A DNA stretch of 5,810 nucleotides from Nanopusillaceae archaeon (GTDB lineage: Archaea; Nanobdellota; Nanobdellia; Nanobdellales; Nanobdellaceae): the NCBI GenBank assembly GCA_038735675.1, contig JAVYNJ010000022.1, positions 1-5,810 of the forward strand. The letters run 5' to 3'. The notes under the pieces are model-generated. The model did no database searches, had not been told where the DNA came from, and saw nothing but the letters and a program-made list of their open reading frames with translations. Within the stretch, counting starts at the first letter, position 1; every line of letters starts with the position of its first letter. Shown piece after piece: positions 5,538-5,810 of this stretch. Made by a program: the position numbers and the translations under genes.

Positions 5538-5635
5538 TTTTTTATGAGTTTTAGAGAAAATATAAAATTATTAACATAGAGATTGTTGTTAATATTAGGG
5601 ATAGAATTAGATATAAAAGATCTTTCAATATTTCC

Positions 5636-5810
5636 TTATTTTCCATTTTTCATTAGTATATCACAAATTTCTAAAGCTTTTTTATATAGTTTTTCTGATA
5701 TTATATTTTGATTATATAAAAAATCTAATTCTTCTTTATCAACTATTTTCTTTTCTTCAGATTCAACAATATCTATACATAGATCATTATAAAATATTTT
5801 TGTTGTAATT
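5636..5810 (-). CDS. 3' end of an unidentified ORF entering from the right edge (57 codons plus TAA)
   Basis: I translated this by hand; no minus-strand stop occurs from 5809 down to TAA at 5636-5638. Translation: ...ITTKIFYNDLCIDIVESEEKKIVDKEELDFLYNQNIISEKLYKKALEICDILMKNGK*. It is not in the ORF track because it is edge-truncated. I do not recognise it as the Rrp41 C-terminus. Confidence 0.5.
   Translation of the reverse strand, partial: ITTKIFYNDLCIDIVESEEKKIVDKEELDFLYNQNIISEKLYKKALEICDILMKNGK

Noticed and set aside
5544-5579. Plus-strand mini-ORF ATGAGTTTTAGAGAAAATATAAAATTATTAACATAG (11 codons) in the rrp42 upstream spacer
   Set aside because: It is too short, has no promoter or RBS context, and lies in the divergent orientation within a promoter region. 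There is nothing to support coding.
5569-5594. 8-bp inverted repeat TATTAACA / TGTTAATA with a 10-nt loop, downstream of the right-edge ORF, possible terminator hairpin
   Set aside because: Seven of the eight pairs are A-T, so stability is marginal, especially in a probable thermophile. Archaeal termination relies on oligo-T rather than hairpins, and such palindromes are common in AT-rich spacers.
1-5810. CRISPR arrays, rRNA genes, transposases/IS ends, tRNA introns or split-tRNA halves
   Set aside because: I scanned for regularly spaced direct repeats, additional GC-rich islands (structural RNAs stand out against this background) and terminal inverted repeats. The only GC-rich island is the intact tRNA-Val, and no repeat-spacer periodicity is present.

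Overview
Very AT-rich (about three-quarters A+T by eye), gene-dense archaeal segment with every full-length gene on the minus strand. Reading right to left: the 3' end of an unidentified ORF (5636-5810), exosome subunit Rrp42 (4712-5506), RNA polymerase subunit K/Rpo6 (4518-4709), a GC-rich tRNA-Val(GAC) (4436-4507), three consecutive genes with no family signature I can recognise (3883-4371, 3152-3805, 2626-3111), a P2-like cation-transporting P-type ATPase (89-2593), and the 3' end of a converging plus-strand ORF (3-92). Intergenic spacers are 10-129 nt. Each ATG-initiated gene has a TATA-like octamer about 22-31 nt upstream of its ATG and no Shine-Dalgarno, which suggests leaderless transcripts. 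I see no CRISPR array, rRNA, transposase, integrase or att-like duplication. The best candidate for something undescribed is the three-gene ORFan cluster immediately 3' of the tRNA, but I cannot assign it a function from sequence alone. Other observations: the tRNA lies only 10 nt after rpoK, so its promoter would sit inside rpoK. The tRNA has U at position 37. The rrp42-rpoK pairing is non-canonical. The ATPase has PSGLP where P2 pumps have PEGLP. The combination of exosome genes, AT-rich genome and all-GC tRNA stems suggests a thermophilic, reduced-genome archaeon (Nanoarchaeota/DPANN-like); this is inference only.
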